From Stegostoma tigrinum (Eukaryota), in assembly GCF_030684315.1 (NCBI RefSeq), contig NC_081358.1, positions 20,774,810 through 20,838,809 on the forward strand: a stretch of DNA of 64,000 nt. The letters are read 5' to 3'. The notes under the pieces are model-generated. The model saw only the letters and a list, made by a program, of their open reading frames with translations. It did not search any database and was not told the DNA's origin. This document shows positions 1 to 13,668 of the stretch, piece after piece. Position 1 is the stretch's first letter. Each line of letters begins with the position of its first letter. The position numbers and the translations under genes were made by a program.

Positions 1-719
1 TGTGAAGTCTTCTGTGAGGACTTCTAGCTAGATGTGCCATGGTACCTTTTTAAATCGATAGACGGTGCTTTCTTAGTGAATTTAGCTATTTCTTGTGAGA
101 GCTAGATGCTTATTTCTCAGATGGCATTTTGCTCTCACACTGATTTTCAAAAATCCTCTGCTTGGATACCTTGGATGACATATCAAGTTTCTTATAACAG
201 CATCGGTCCAAGATTGTCAAAGCCATCAGATTTAAATTCAATTGGCTTTTAATCGCTAAGTGCTTGGTTTAAATTAATTGGCTGATTCCAGCTAGTTGCG
301 AAAACATCAAAACAAGTCTAAGGTTTCCAATCACACAGCCTGCTGATACACGTTTCATTTTCAGTGCTGGCTGTATGTCTTCAGCTACATACAGACATTT
401 TTTCCAATTAAATCTCTAAGCTTATAAAAGCACTTTACCTCTTAAAGGAACCACGCACTCTTCTCCCATCTTTTCCTACAAACAGATTCTAGCTTCCTGC
501 CTTCCAATTCATGATTACTCTACACAACTTCCTAACGTCTTTTCAGTTAATGAGAGGTCAAAGCTTTGAAACTAATTCTTACCAATGTTGAGGCAAGCTT
601 CCTCATGATTACACAAACAAGCCAGGAACTGAATGCTTTCTTAAAGTTACATTCAATGCCAGATGGGAAGGGGATGCTCCTAGAAACATGAGTAATTCTT
701 TCTTGCCTTTCTTTTCTAG

Positions 720-889
720 ATCTTTCAGTTGACAGCATGCAACAAGCGCTCCACCAGTCTGTCTTCATGTCAGCCATGTCTGCTCACCCAGTTCGTGATC
801 TCCCATTTTGCTGGGAGCAGCATTGCAAACTTCTGCCTGGAGTGGTGAATTTCCGAGCTAGCAAGGTGTCCCAGTGGAGCATTGATGAG
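720..889 (+). CDS. L3MBTL4: L3MBTL4-type gene, third-last coding exon (pre-SAM region and start of SAM domain)
   Basis: Polypyrimidine tract with AG at 718-719 (alternative in-phase AG at 727-728) and donor GAG|gtacag at 889/890. Translates to LSVDSMQQALHQSVFMSAMSAHPVRDLPFCWEQHCKLLPGVVNFRASKVSQWSIDE, matching the recalled L3MBTL4 motif QQVLHQSVSMSTVSAHPFRDLP..EQHCKLLPGV better than L3MBTL1 or L3MBTL3. Confidence 0.9.
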
Positions 890-964
890 GTACAGAGCTT
901 CAGGTTGCAAAGGAAAGTGGTGGAAAGATCATGAATTATTTCCTCACTATCAACAAAAATATAC

Positions 965-3190
965 GGGCATAGGAAAACGGAGCAAAAGTAGACCATTTGG
1001 CCTCTTGAACCTGCACAACCATTCAATAATAGCGTGGCTTGCCTGTTTGTGGTTTGAATTTTAGATTCCCATCTGTCCCAATAATCTTTGTTTCCTCTGC
1101 TTAACAAGAAGCAATCTACCTCTGCTTTAAAAATATTTAATGGTTCCACCTCTAGGGCAGTGAGTTCCAAAATTGCACAGCCCTCCGAGAGAAAAGATTT
1201 CTCCTCCTCTCAGTCCTGAAAGGTTGACCTCTAACTTTTAAACAATGCCTCCAGTTTTTGAACTGACCCCAAAAGGTAACCTCCTCTCTACATTTTTTTT
1301 TGTGAAGACCATTTCAGATGCTTTTACACTTCAATCAAGTCACCCCTTACTTTCCAAACTCCATGAGAGAAGAGCCCAGCTTGTTCAATTTATCCTCATA
1401 AGGCAACTCACTTATTCCAAGTATCGATCAGTAAACGGCCTCTGAACCACCTCCACTGCATTTCCATCCTTCCTTAAATAAAGACACCAAAAATGCTCAC
1501 TGATTTGAGAATGTGGTCACTCCAATGCTCTGTATAACCAGAACATATTGGACTCAAAATGTTAGGGATATAGTAACAGGTGTAGGACAGTCAGCATCTC
1601 AAGCCTGCTGTGCCATTCAATGAGATCACGCTGATCTGTGGGCTAACTTCATGTGCCTATCTTAGGCCTATATCCCTTGTTACTCTTGCTTAATAAAAAA
1701 TTGTCTGTCCCAGATTTAAATTTAACAGTTGAATTAGCAACGACTGCCATTCGAGAGAGTGAGTGTTCCAAATTTCCACTACTCTCTTTTGAACTTCTCT
1801 CTTGAATGGCCTGATCCTAATTCTTTGACTACGTCACTGGCTCTAGAATCTTCAGCCAGTGGAAATAATTTACCTCTACCTATCTTGTTTTTCCCTGTTA
1901 ATATCTTGAAGACCTCGATCACTCCTTAACCTTCTAACCTCTGAAGAATAAAGGCTAATTTGTCTAATCCTTCCTCATAACTTAACTCCTGAAGTCCAGG
2001 TATCATCCTTGCACATCTTTGTTGAACTTGTTCCAGGACCAAAACATCCTTCTTAAACTGTGATGCCCAGATCTTCTCACAGTACTCTAAGCGGGGTCTA
2101 ACTATGGTTTTGTATTACTGGAGCATTACTTCTGTATTCATATACTCTATCCCTTTAGATATGAAAGCTGGCATTCCATTAGCCTTTGTGATTATTTTCT
2201 GCACCTATTTACTATTCGTGGCATTTTAAACAGCTGTTCACCTGAAACTCCAAATCCTGTTGGTCATGCACTGTATTTAACTCTATGCTTTCTTAAAACA
2301 GACCCTGATCTAATATTTTTCAGTGCAAAATGGATAGCGTCACACTTCCTTGTATTAAAATCCATCTGCCATAGCCTTGCCCATTCACCTAGTCAATAAA
2401 TATCCTGTTTCTCTCTCCACAGATTCCACTAGACCTGCTGAGTTTCTGCAGCACTTTCTGTTTTTATTTCGGATCTCTAGCATTTGTGGTACTTGTCTTT
2501 TCTCCCACTCACCGTCTTGTTTCTAACATACTGTACCCACGCATTAACATTTTGCGATTCATTCACTAGAACACCTAAATCCACTCCTTTTGTCATTCTT
2601 CCTGCCACATGAACAACTTCACATTTTCCTGCATTAAATGCTGTCTGCCAGATTTTTGCCACACACACAATCTCATCTGCAACCTCCTTATGCCTTATTC
2701 ACTTCATTTGAAGTTGACCAGAATTGAGCTGTCATTGCCTTCACTCCCCTTATCTAAGTCATCGATATAAATTGTTAAAAGCTGAGACGCCAGTACAGAG
2801 CCCTACAGGAATCCACTCATCAGATTTTGCCAATCAGACTAAGACTCATTTCTTCACATTGTCTGGCCTGCAGAAAACAGACAATCTTCTGTACATACTG
2901 CTTTGATAGCCTTATACAATGCGTTTTTATTTTCTGCAATTACTTTTGATGTGGTGCTTTATCAAATCCCTTGTGGAAGGCCAAGTACAGTACATTTACA
3001 GTCTGCCTTTTATCCATTATTTATTACTCCTTCAAAGAAATGCACTAAATTGGTCAAACACAATTTTCCTTTAAAAACAACCTCTTCCCAATTGAGTTTT
3101 TCTAAGTATATGGATATAGCCTGTTTAATAATCAATTTCAACGCCTTCCCCATGACAGACATCAAGCTAACTAACTCCCGTTTTCAGTCG
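965..3190 (-). mobile_element. Cluster of old CR1 LINE 3' fragments with an interleaved PLE tail remnant (~2405-2500)
   Basis: CR1 3' tails near 965 and 1570, and decayed RT motifs (GSVL.SQLLTIYIDDL near 2760-2820). Confidence 0.75.
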
Positions 3191-4329
3191 CACCATAATA
3201 CAACGGAAAGCATCTGGAGTTCTACATTCATAGCAGCAACAACAAGCATTTTCAAATCATTTAGGCTGAAAAAAGAACTATACACTGCTATAAAAAACGT
3301 GTAACTGGGGATCCAATATATGTTATTTTCGTCACTGGCGTCTCAGCTTTTAACAATTCCTGACATTATGCTTGGCTAATGAACAGGATTGAAAATTGAG
3401 GTTACATAGCAGAGCAAACCGAATAAGGCCAATATGTTGTCACTTTATCCTACTTGTATGTTTCCAGCAGGAGCTGTAGCTGCTAAGATTCATATCCATT
3501 GAAAATTAGATCATGAATAACAGCAGCATTATCTGAGTGAGGCTACAATCTCAATTTTTAAACTGGTATTAGCCCTTCCCATTTCTAAATGTGGATTGGG
3601 CAATAATCAGACATGGCAGGGCTTATGTATGACCTTGCTTATACTTTGTCTCTTAACTAATCATTATTAGATTCACCTTTGTCCCACTTACATTTATCTG
3701 GTAAGTTTTGGAGAGGTAACACTAACACTTATCACGTTTTATGGCTAAGTCCCATAAGAATGCTGTAATGTCCTAGAATGGGCAGGTAGGGTTGGGTGCC
3801 AGTGCACCAAGCTTTGCTAATTATTGCTACATTCATCATTCAGCTTGGAGTCCTATTAAATAAAAATGAAGCTAGAATTCGACTGGCATATATGACCAGA
3901 AGAAATTGGAACAGGAGTTGGCCATTCATCTCTCGAGCCAGAAAAGTGATGGATTTTTCATTAGGATTCTTCAATGTTCTTCAATGAAAAAAAAGGAAAA
4001 GTTGAATCAGAAGATAGTGATCATGTAATACCAAGTTCAATTTCAATTGTCTGAAAATTGTTTCAGGAGGCAAAAAACTGCAGTAGGTAAGTTATTTCAC
4101 AGAATAAGTTAGATAGCAGTTAGTTTGACTGAACCATTAAATAGAAGAAGGGAGGAGGAGCAAGCAACAGGATAGGTAAAATGCAAAAATGCCATTTTTG
4201 TAACTTAAAAAAATCTGTGCAGGAGTTGACTTGATCAAGATAGAGGGCAGCGTACAGGGTACAGACTGAGAGGTGAGTGTTAGCAATATGAGGAAACTAG
4301 AAACACTTTGAACAGAGTGCCAGTTCCAT

Positions 4330-5070
4330 GCCCCCTTTCATCATTAGTCGTCTCACAACCCAGCCACACTTACTTCCTAGCAATGGCTAACGTTTCATCA
4401 TTAGAAGTAGAGGCATTGTTGTGCTTTCTTGATCATTGCATAAATGTGGTTAGACCAGGACAGATTGTTGGTGATCATCACTCCCAAGAATTTGATGCTG
4501 TCGACCATTTCCACCTCTGTACCATGGATACAATCTTTAAGTTCTAATGTTAACCACGATTGGGCCACTTTACATGCTGTGCCCTTTGACCCAAAAGGAA
4601 TCTCAAACTGCTGCAATGGACACACTCACTCTCTATATATTAAGTCGTTTCCTTCACTCTGCTTTCTGAAGTCAATGACCAGCTCCTTCATTTTGCTGGC
4701 GTTGATGGAGAGATTGTTGTCTTTACAGTATGCGGCTAAGCTCTCAATTTCTTTTCTGTATTCTGTCTCATTGTTGTTTGAGATCCAACTACAAAGTCAT
4801 CAACAAACTTGTAAATGGAAACTCTGATGAAGGGTCACTTGACCCAAAACGTTACCTCTGATTTCTGTCCATAGATGCTGTGAAACATTTCCAGCAATTT
4901 CTGTTTTTGCTTCTGATGTACATACATTTCTCTTGGTTTTTAAACTTATAAATAGAGTTGGGCCAGAATTTATCCACACAATCTTGAGTGTATAAGAAGT
5001 ACTGTAGGGGGCTGAGTATGCAGCCTTGCAGGGCACCAGTGTTGAGGATTATCGTGGAGGAGATGTTGGG
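4330..5070 (-). mobile_element. Rex1/Babar-clade LINE RT fragment
   Basis: NTGALQGCILSPL.Y.LYT.DC, IYKFVDD, NNLSINASKMKELVIDFRK, VEMVDSIKFLGVMITNNLSWS..IKKAQQCLYF. Confidence 0.85.
4821..4940 (+). mobile_element. Older PLE tail family with hammerhead (core G12 mutated), inside a Rex/Babar LINE
   Basis: CTGATGAAGGGTCACTTGACCCAAAACGTT. Diverged TSD AAACTTGTAAATGGA / AAACTTATAAATAGA. Confidence 0.8.
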
Positions 5071-5099
5071 TTGAAGTATAATAAAAATGTTGAAAAGAC

Positions 5100-7370
5100 C
5101 AGTCTAAACGTATTATATCCAAATGCATAGAACATCTGCAATAGAGCAGATGGATTAAGTATAATTAGTTGTAAACATGTATGATTGCGACTACAGAGGT
5201 ATGGCTGTGGGATGATCAGCTCTAGAAACTGAATATCCAAAGGTATTCAGTTATTAGGAAGGATAGGAAAAATTAGGAAGTGGGAGTGAGGGCGTGCCCC
5301 TGTCTGTATCATTGAGGTGAAGATGGTCAACAGCGTCAAATTCCTGGGAGTGATGATCACCAAGAAAGTGGTGGGGTGACCATGTTCAATGGCGAGAAAG
5401 GATGTTGGGACAGGAAATCTAGATGTGGAATTAGACTGGTTGGAGCTAAGAAGCATCAAGTAATGGTAAACATTACTGGAAGTTGCTATAGGCCTTCAAG
5501 CAGTAATGGGTGAGGTAGAGGATGCCATTAACAATCTTGTGAGAGGTCCTTTAGGATAAATATGACCATAACATGATAGAATTCTTCATGAAGATAGAAA
5601 GTTATGAGGTCCAATCCAAACCTAAGATTCTAAATCCAAACAAGAGAAATCACAAAAATATGAAGCATGTTAGCTGTGATAGAATGGTCAACTTCACTAA
5701 AAGGCATGACAATGGATAGGAAACGACTTAATATATAGAGAGTGAGTGTGTCCATTGCAGCAGTTTGAGATTCCTTTTGGGTCAAAGGGCACAGCATGTA
5801 AAGTGGCCCAATCGTGGTTAACATTAGAACTTAAAGATTGTATTAAATTCAATAAGGAGCATAGAAAAACAGAAAATAGGTACAGAAGTAGACCATTGGG
5901 CCCTTCGAGCCTGCTGTGCTACTCAATATGATTATGGTTGATCATCCTACTGAGCACCGTGTTCACACTTCCTCCCCATACCCTTTAATCTGTTTAGCCC
6001 TAAGAACTATATCTTCTCGAAAACATTCAATGTTTTGGCTCCAACTACTTTCTGTGGCAGAGAATCCCACAGGCTCAACATTCTGAGTGCTAAATAACCT
6101 ACCCCATATTCTTAGACTGTGACTGCTGGTCCTATGCTCCCAGACCATAAGGACCATCCTACCTGCATTTTTCCTGTCTAGTTCCATTAGAATTTTGTAG
6201 ATTTCTATGAGAACCCCCCCCCCCCCGCCTTAGTCTTTCAAACTTAGTGAACATAGTCCTAACCAATCCAAACTCTCTTCAAATTTCAGTCCAGCCAACC
6301 TAAGAATCAGTTGATTAAACTTTCATTCCATTCCTTCCATAGTCAGAACATGCTTTGTCAGATAAGAAGTGCAAAACTGAATACAGTACTCTATTCAGTG
6401 TCTCACCAAGGTCCTCTACAGTTGTTCCAAGGCACCTTTGTTCCTGTACTCAAATCCTCTTGCAACAAACTTACCATCTGCCTTCTTCACCACCTGATGC
6501 GCCTGTATGCTTACTTTCAACAACTAGTGTACAAAGATACCCAGGTCTTATTGCGCTGTCCCCTTTCCCAATCACTTACCATTCAGATAATAATCTGCTT
6601 TTCTGTTTTTGCTACTAAATTGGATAATGTCACATTTATCCACATTATACTTCATCTGTCATACATTTTGTCCACTCACTCGATTTATCCAAATCAAACT
6701 GAAGCACCTCTGTCCATCCATCAGTGCCTACAAGTGTTGTATAAAAGTCATATGAAGAAAGTAACAAGCCTGCGGACTCAGAACAGTTTAGAACTCAGCG
6801 TAGAAGGACCAATGCTATTGATTAAGAAGAGGAAGAAGAGTATGAGAGCAAACTTATAAAGAACATAAAAGTGTACTGTAAAAGCTTCAAAAGCATGTGA
6901 AAAGAAATTGATTAATGAAAATAAATGTAGGCCCCTTACTGTCTGAATTGGAATAATTATAATGGAGAGCGAGGAAGATGCAGAGCAATAAAACAGCACT
7001 TTGTTCTATCCCTACAGAAGGAAACACAAATAATCACTTCCCAGAAATACTGGGGAGACAAGGGTCTATTAGGAAATGAAGGAAGTTAGTTTTGGGAAAA
7101 TAAACAGTGCTGGTGAAATTAGGGGGTCTGAAAATTGATAAAACAAATAAAACTCTTAACAGAGTTGTCAGGACTTGATGCAGGGATGATGACGCTTCTA
7201 ACCTAGACTAAGGGGTCACCATAGGTTATTTTAGACTGAGGTGGCCAGAAATTTCTTCATTGAGAGCGTTAGACTGTAGATGGCTGTACAGGTGAAGTCA
7301 TAGAAAGCTATTTATTTCATAAATATATTTAAGAACCTAAAGGTGCCAGGTTGTTTGGATAGAGGGTGGG
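5100..7370. mobile_element. Decayed + strand CR1 ORF2 interrupted by a minus-strand CR1 (~5858-6720)
   Basis: Endonuclease and linker remnants (QSWLTLELKDCIK) on +. CR1 3' tail CATAGAAAAACAGAAAATAGG and RT C-terminus on minus. Confidence 0.7.
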
Positions 7371-8869
7371 GGTATTACATATTGATGTGTAATTTTGACA
7401 TTAAGCCACCCTATCTCAGAGTAGGCACCCTTTGACTCCACCAATTTCTAGCACCCTTACCCTTGCACTCAGTATCTGTGGTATGGTTGAATCACACCTG
7501 CAGTTCTGTATCTCTCCCCAGAGTTCTGTGGTTTCCTTTTCTGCAAGAGAAGGAGTGGGAGACTTAACAAGTGAGAGTAATTTGCTATGGTGAGCACCTG
7601 GGTGGAAAGGATTTATTGGGGTAATTATTGGACACTGTCATAACTTTACGTAAAGATGAAGGTGAGAATCTGTGGTGGATAAAGTTTTAAGTCCAGAGAC
7701 ACTCAGTGATGGAGATACCTGTAAGATAAGTTGGTAGGGGGAATAATACAGTGGAGTAGGATTGAGAAGAAAGAAAGGGAGAAATGCGTGGCAAGTTCTT
7801 TACACAGAAGGTGGTGGGTGCCTGGAACACGTTTCCAGCGGAGGTGGTATGGGAATGATACATGTATAAAGAATATAAAGAATATAACCATCGCTGTTTG
7901 GCTTAGGAACAAGGTCCTGCATATTATTCAGGAATCATACGCATGCTTCTATTGTGCTACCTCCAATTTATTGTTGCCTCAGCCTCCTCTTCCCTTCGGC
8001 TTTAGAGAACAAGTCCCTCTGTTTTGCTTAGTCGTCAGCAGCACACTAGGCAGGCACTCTTTGGCCTGCTACTTTACAAGACAACACCCCAGTGTCCTTT
8101 ACCATGTTGCTTTAAAAAAGTTTCCCCTCTTAATAGTGGAGTTGACATTAAATCATGTTATGTGATACTAATTGCTCAGCAAAACTGGAAATCATGTGTG
8201 AATGCACTGGCTGGGTTATAAGAAAACAAACACTGATAGATATACTGCACTTAATTCTGGTTTCCCAAACAATCCTGACCCCATGCTATTTTCTGAAACA
8301 TTTTACAATATTAACAAATGAGAAAAACATTGGAGATAGTAAGTTGACATTTTGATAGAGATATGAGGGATATTTCAATTGCTACGTGATACCATTGGCT
8401 TATGGCAATTTCTGTAGAAGGTACTGTTGTCAATTTCTTTCATGTCACACGGAATTTTTATACAAACATTGTCAGGTTACATTAATATCTTAGTAGTTAT
8501 ACCAGAGATAACAGCCTAAGACTCGATCACACTGAGTTATGGGCCAATTATCTGAACTGTTCCAATAAAAACTACTCAGTGTATATAATACTCCATGGGT
8601 GACAAATCCATAATATTATGAGGAAAAGAACACTCACTTTTTCATGACATTAGAAAGATGGAAAAAAAAAAGTTTATCAGGTCCCTAGAAGGGCTACTTA
8701 GCAGCAAACTAAAATATAGTGACAAAGTGCAAATGACAGCCTTGTTTGAAATTGCATAAGATGTCACATGGGTTAATGTCTGCTTTAAAAAGCAAGCAAA
8801 TCAATTAAACCTTGGCAAACTAATACAAGCTCTGTGCAAATTCAAGTACAAACTGCAAAGAGATTCTGT

Positions 8870-9027
8870 AAGACAACAAAATGTGAGGCTGGATGAACAC
8901 AGCAGGCCAAGCAGCATCTCAGGAGCACAAAAGCTGTGCTCCTGAGATGCTGCTTGGCCTGCTGTGTTCATCCAGCCTCACATTTTGTTGTCTTGGATTC
9001 TCCAGCATCTGCAGTTCCCATTATCTC
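8870..9027. mobile_element. Fold-back mini-insertion of the Neptune 3' tail
   Basis: Perfect 60-bp inverted repeat (8870-8929 / 8935-8994) with a 5-nt loop. TSD AAGAGATTCTGTAA at 8858-8871 and 9028-9041. Confidence 0.93.
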
Positions 9028-9362
9028 AAGAGATTCTGTAATGTGTTCAAACGTGGAGGACCTACATATTTCCCATATGCACCTGCAAGGACCAGGATCA
9101 TCAGTTAAGGCAGACATGTCACTGAATATATCACAAGACAGTGGCATCCATTCAGGTGCAGCTTTGGCCACTAGAAACTCTATCAGATTTCTGATGCTAC
9201 AAGTTATATTCCTGGATATAATTGCAAGTCCCCTTACTTGGATTGCCAGTGCTTGTTCATTCTTCATCTGACACAAGCAAATGATGCCTGAATTCCTGGT
9301 GGATTTGCTGCTGTCTGTCACATGCTGAGCCACAACATAGTAGGTGGTAATAGGGCAAGAAA

Positions 9363-10135
9363 GTAATAAGACCATAAGACATGGAGTGGAAGTAGGGCCA
9401 TTCAGCCCATCGAGTCCAGTCCACGATTTAATCATGGCTGATGGGCATTTCAACTCCACTTACCCGCACTCTCCCTGTAGCCCTTAATTCCCTGCGAGAC
9501 CAGGAATTTTTCAATCTCTGCTTTGAAGACATTTAACATCCCGGCCTCCACTGCGCTCCATGGCAATGAATTCCACAGGCCCACCACTCTCTGGCTGAAG
9601 AAATGTCTCCTCATTTCCATTCCAAATTTACCCCCTCTAATTCTAAGGCTGTGCCCGTGGGTCCTAGTCTCCCTGCCTAACGGAAACAACTTCCCAGCAT
9701 CCACCCTTTCTAAGCCATGCATTATCTTGTAAGTTTCTATTAGATCTCCCCTCAACCTTCTAATCTGTAATGAATACAATCCCAGGATCCTCAGCCGTTC
9801 ATTGTACGTTAGGCCTACCATTCCAGGGATCATCCATGTGAATCTCCGCTGGACACGCTCCAGCGCCAGTATGTCCTTCCTGAGATGTGGGGCTCAAAAT
9901 TGGACACAGTATTCTAAATGGGGCCTAACTAGAGCTTTATAAAGTCTCAGAAGCACATCACTGCTTTTATATTCCAACCCTCTTGATATAAATGACAACA
10001 TTACATTCGCTTTCTTAATCACGGACTCAACCTGTAACTTAACCTTTAGAGAATCCCGGACTAACACTCCCAGATCCCTTTGTACTTCAGCTTTATGAAC
10101 TTTCTCACTGTTTAGAAAATAGTCCATGCCTGTAT
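9363..10135 (-). mobile_element. Young 5'-truncated CR1 LINE
   Basis: [43 protein letters not shown]. Confidence 0.92.
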
Positions 10136-10579
10136 TTTTTTAAAAATAGTACATATTGAAATAGAAAATGACTTTTCAGGACTGCTTCATCCCCCAGTTG
10201 TCCCCAGTGACTTGGGTGGGAGTTTTAACATGCAAGAGTACAAGGATTAGGTGTGGGTAAGATGTCACAGTTTGCAAAATGCAAATACTTTTGGAACCCT
10301 GCTACAATCCAGCAACTTTGATGCTTAAGTTAGGAGGGTTAAGCTGATTGCATGCAATCCCTGTAAACAGATTTCCTGAGCTTCATGAAGCTCATCATTG
10401 AAGTCAAACTGACCATACAAAGACAATGAACAGAGTTGATTAAAAATCATGCAGATACTCCAATAAGGACTGAATGCTCATAGCTGCTTTCTTACCAACT
10501 AATGCAAGGGGGTGTTCACAGTTCTTTTGCTGGGAGCTTACTTACTACTCTTATAAGGTTAAGCTAGGCAATGCTTTAG

Positions 10580-11420
10580 TTATAGAGTCATGGAGCTGTA
10601 GAGCATTGAAACAGACCCTTCGGTCCAACTAGTCTATGCTAACCAAACATTCTAAAGTAATTTAGTCCCATTTGCTAGCATTTGGCCTATATCCTCTAAA
10701 TTCTTCCTATTCATATACCTATCCAGTTGCCTTTTGAATGTTGTAATTGCCAGCCTGTACCACCTCCTCTCACAGCTCATTCTATCCACGTACTACCCTC
10801 TGTGTGAAGAAGTTACCCCTTCCTTAGGTCCCTTTTGAATCTTTCCCCTCTCACCTTAAATCTATCCTGTCAAAGTTGGACTCCCATACCCCGGGGGAAA
10901 GACCTTGTCTATTCACCCTATCCATGGCCTGGATGATTATATAAACCTTGATAAGATCACCCCTCAACCTCTGACTCTCCAGGAAAAATAGCCCCAGGCT
11001 ATTCAGCCTCTCCCTATAGCTCAAACCCTCCAACATCCTTGTAAATCTTTTCTAAACCCTTTCAACTTTTATACATCCTTCATATAGCAGGGAGACCAGA
11101 ACTGAACTCAGTTATCCAGAAGTGACCTAACCTCTCTGATGAAGGGTCTAGGCCCGAAACGTCAGCTTTTGTGCACCTGAGATACTGCTTGGCCTGCTGT
11201 GTTCATCCAGCTTCACACTTTGTTATCTTGGATTCTCCAGCATCTGCAGTTCCCATTATCTCTGACCTAACCAATGTCCTGTACAACCGCAACATGACCT
11301 CCCAACTTCTATACTCAATGCACTGTCCTGTAAAAGTGCTTGAACGAAAAACTTTCTTCACTAACTATCTACCTGCCACTCTGCTTTCAAGGAACCATAA
11401 ACCAGCATCCCAAGGTCTCT
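10580..11420 (-). mobile_element. CR1 LINE 3' fragment
   Basis: LSYRERLNSLGLFFLE.QRLRGDLIKVY. Interrupted by the hammerhead mini-insertion. Confidence 0.85.
11133..11262 (+). mobile_element. 130-bp hammerhead + PLE tail mini-insertion inside a CR1
   Basis: Starts 3 nt before CTGATGA (11136) and ends CCCATTATCTC. TSD TGACCTAACC at 11123-11132 and 11263-11272. Confidence 0.92.
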
Positions 11421-12534
11421 TTGTACTTGCCTTAGATTGGATCTCAGATGAAAAGCGATATGATTAGCACTGGCAGTTAGTCTATTGTTGACTAAGCCTT
11501 CATGGTAACAGAATGTAGTCAGAGCCAAGCTTCCTTGAGGGTGATAAAGTTGCTTTCATTGATGTCAGTGATCTATGGCTTCCTAGACAGCCAGGTGAAA
11601 GATGTGTCATTGACTAAATGTTCAGTGTACGTAAGGTATGTTTCACATTCCTAGCAGATCAGAAGTGCCATTCAGCACATACCAACCAGGATATCAAGGA
11701 AGGTCACACAGCGATATGCTGTTAGGATTGAAGCTACAGTAGGGACAAGGTGGAGAGGAGACATATTCTGTGGATGAACCTGAGAAACAGGGGGATGGCA
11801 ACATTATCAAGGCTTCTCACACTGTTACCTGGAAGTTTTCAATTAATATTAGTTCACAGCTGTGAGGGTCACATTTGCCAATGCTATCTTCGGCTACAAT
11901 TTTTATATGACTGATCAAACTAAATTTCTGGTCATTGCTAACACTAGGATGCTGATGCAGGGGATTCAGCAATGTTAGTGCTCTTGCATGTTATAGAAAG
12001 ATTATTAGATTCTTTGTTACTGCAGATATTTCTTCTCTTGCCACTTGCAAATGTTATTTGCCATTTTCCAGCCATACTTTGAAAGTTGTCCAGGTGTTAC
12101 TGCACGTGAACATAGATTTATTTAGTATCTGAGGAATATGTTCATCTTACATCTGACCTTATGATGGAGGGGAAAGTCATAGATGAAATAGCTGATGAGG
12201 TTTGGGCCCAGGACACTGCCCTGAGTAATTCCTACAGAGATATCCTGAGATTGAGATCATTACCCAAGCAGACCATCTTCATTTGTGGTAGGTAGTACTC
12301 CATAGAGTGGAGAATTACCTCTGATTCACGTTGACTCCAATTTTGCTGAAACATTCTGATTTTATTCTCAGCTCACCTCTTGAATTAAGCTCTTTTGTCC
12401 ATTCTTAGCCTGGGATGGTAATAAGGCACGGGCCGAGTGATCTAGTAATCAAGCATCAGGGAATCCCTTATTGCTGAGTAAAATGTTGGCAAAATCTTCA
12501 ATCACTAATGATTGAGTGTAAATTGATGGGATGA

Positions 12535-12960
12535 TAATTAAAGTGGAGTTGCAGGTAGACAGGATGGTGAAGAAGGCATCTGGCATGCTTGCCTTCATTA
12601 GTCAAAACCTTTAGTATGCAATGTTGGGACATCAGGTTGCATCTGTGCAGGGCATTGGTGAGCCCACTTTTAGAATAACGCATATAATTCTGGTCGACTT
12701 TCTATAGGAAGGATGTTGTTAAACTTGAGAAGGTGCAGAAAAAATTTACAAGGATGTTGGTGGGACTGGAGGGTTTGAATTAGAGGCAAAGGCTGAATAG
12801 CTGGGGCATTTTTTTTCCCTGGAGCATCAGATGCTGAGGGGCGACCTTCTAGTGGTTTATTAAAATATGAGGGGCATGGATAGGGTGAATAGACAAAGGT
12901 TTTTGTCCTAAGTTGGGGGAATCCAAAACTAGAAGTCATGATTTTAAGGTGAGAGAGGTA
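12535..12960 (+). mobile_element. CR1 LINE RT C-terminal fragment
   Basis: Decayed LEKVQKKFTRML..GL and LRGDL motifs. Confidence 0.8.
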
Positions 12961-13668
12961 AAATGAACAGTCATACAGCACGGAAACAGATCCTTCAGTC
13001 GAACTCTCCGCTCAGACACCTCTCCACCATCATTCACTGGGTGGGGCACCACTCACCTGGTTCCATTCTTGACTATCTAATTGTATCCCGAGTAGAACTT
13101 GCCTCCCAGTGCTGTTTACTGCACTGATCCACAGGAATTTAATCTACATTTTGCCCTCAGTGGTATTATCTAAAGGCAGACATTAATTTTCGTACGTACT
13201 GTAAGTGATGGTGCTGAGCTTTATTTCTCCACTTGTTAAATTATCAGGCTGCTTATCTGGCATCTAGTATCTGATGAACAGCCATTTCCTCCAACGAAGT
13301 ATCAAGAAAATGAAATCTATTTTCAGTACCTATTCCAAATTTCATTTCCTAGCCATCAGCTACATTGCTCTCCATGGGAACTGATTACATTTCACAATTT
13401 TGACATCACAGTTGATCCCAGATAAATGTCTGACCTCACACTCATGCTGTCACTAAAACCACTTGTTTCCACCTTCATAACATTACCCAACTTCACCCTG
13501 TCTTAGCTCAGCTGCTGGTAAAACCCTCCATTATGCTTTTATTACCTCTAGACACAACTACTGTAATCCTGTGATAATGGGAACTGCAGATGCTGGAGAA
13601 TTCCAAGATAATAAAATGTGAGGCTGGATGAACACAGCAGGCCCAGCAGCATCTCAGGAGCACAAAAG

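Noticed and set aside
890-934. Extension of the 737-934 ORF as a standalone gene
   Set aside because: Similarity stops at the splice donor at 890. The rest is intron read-through.
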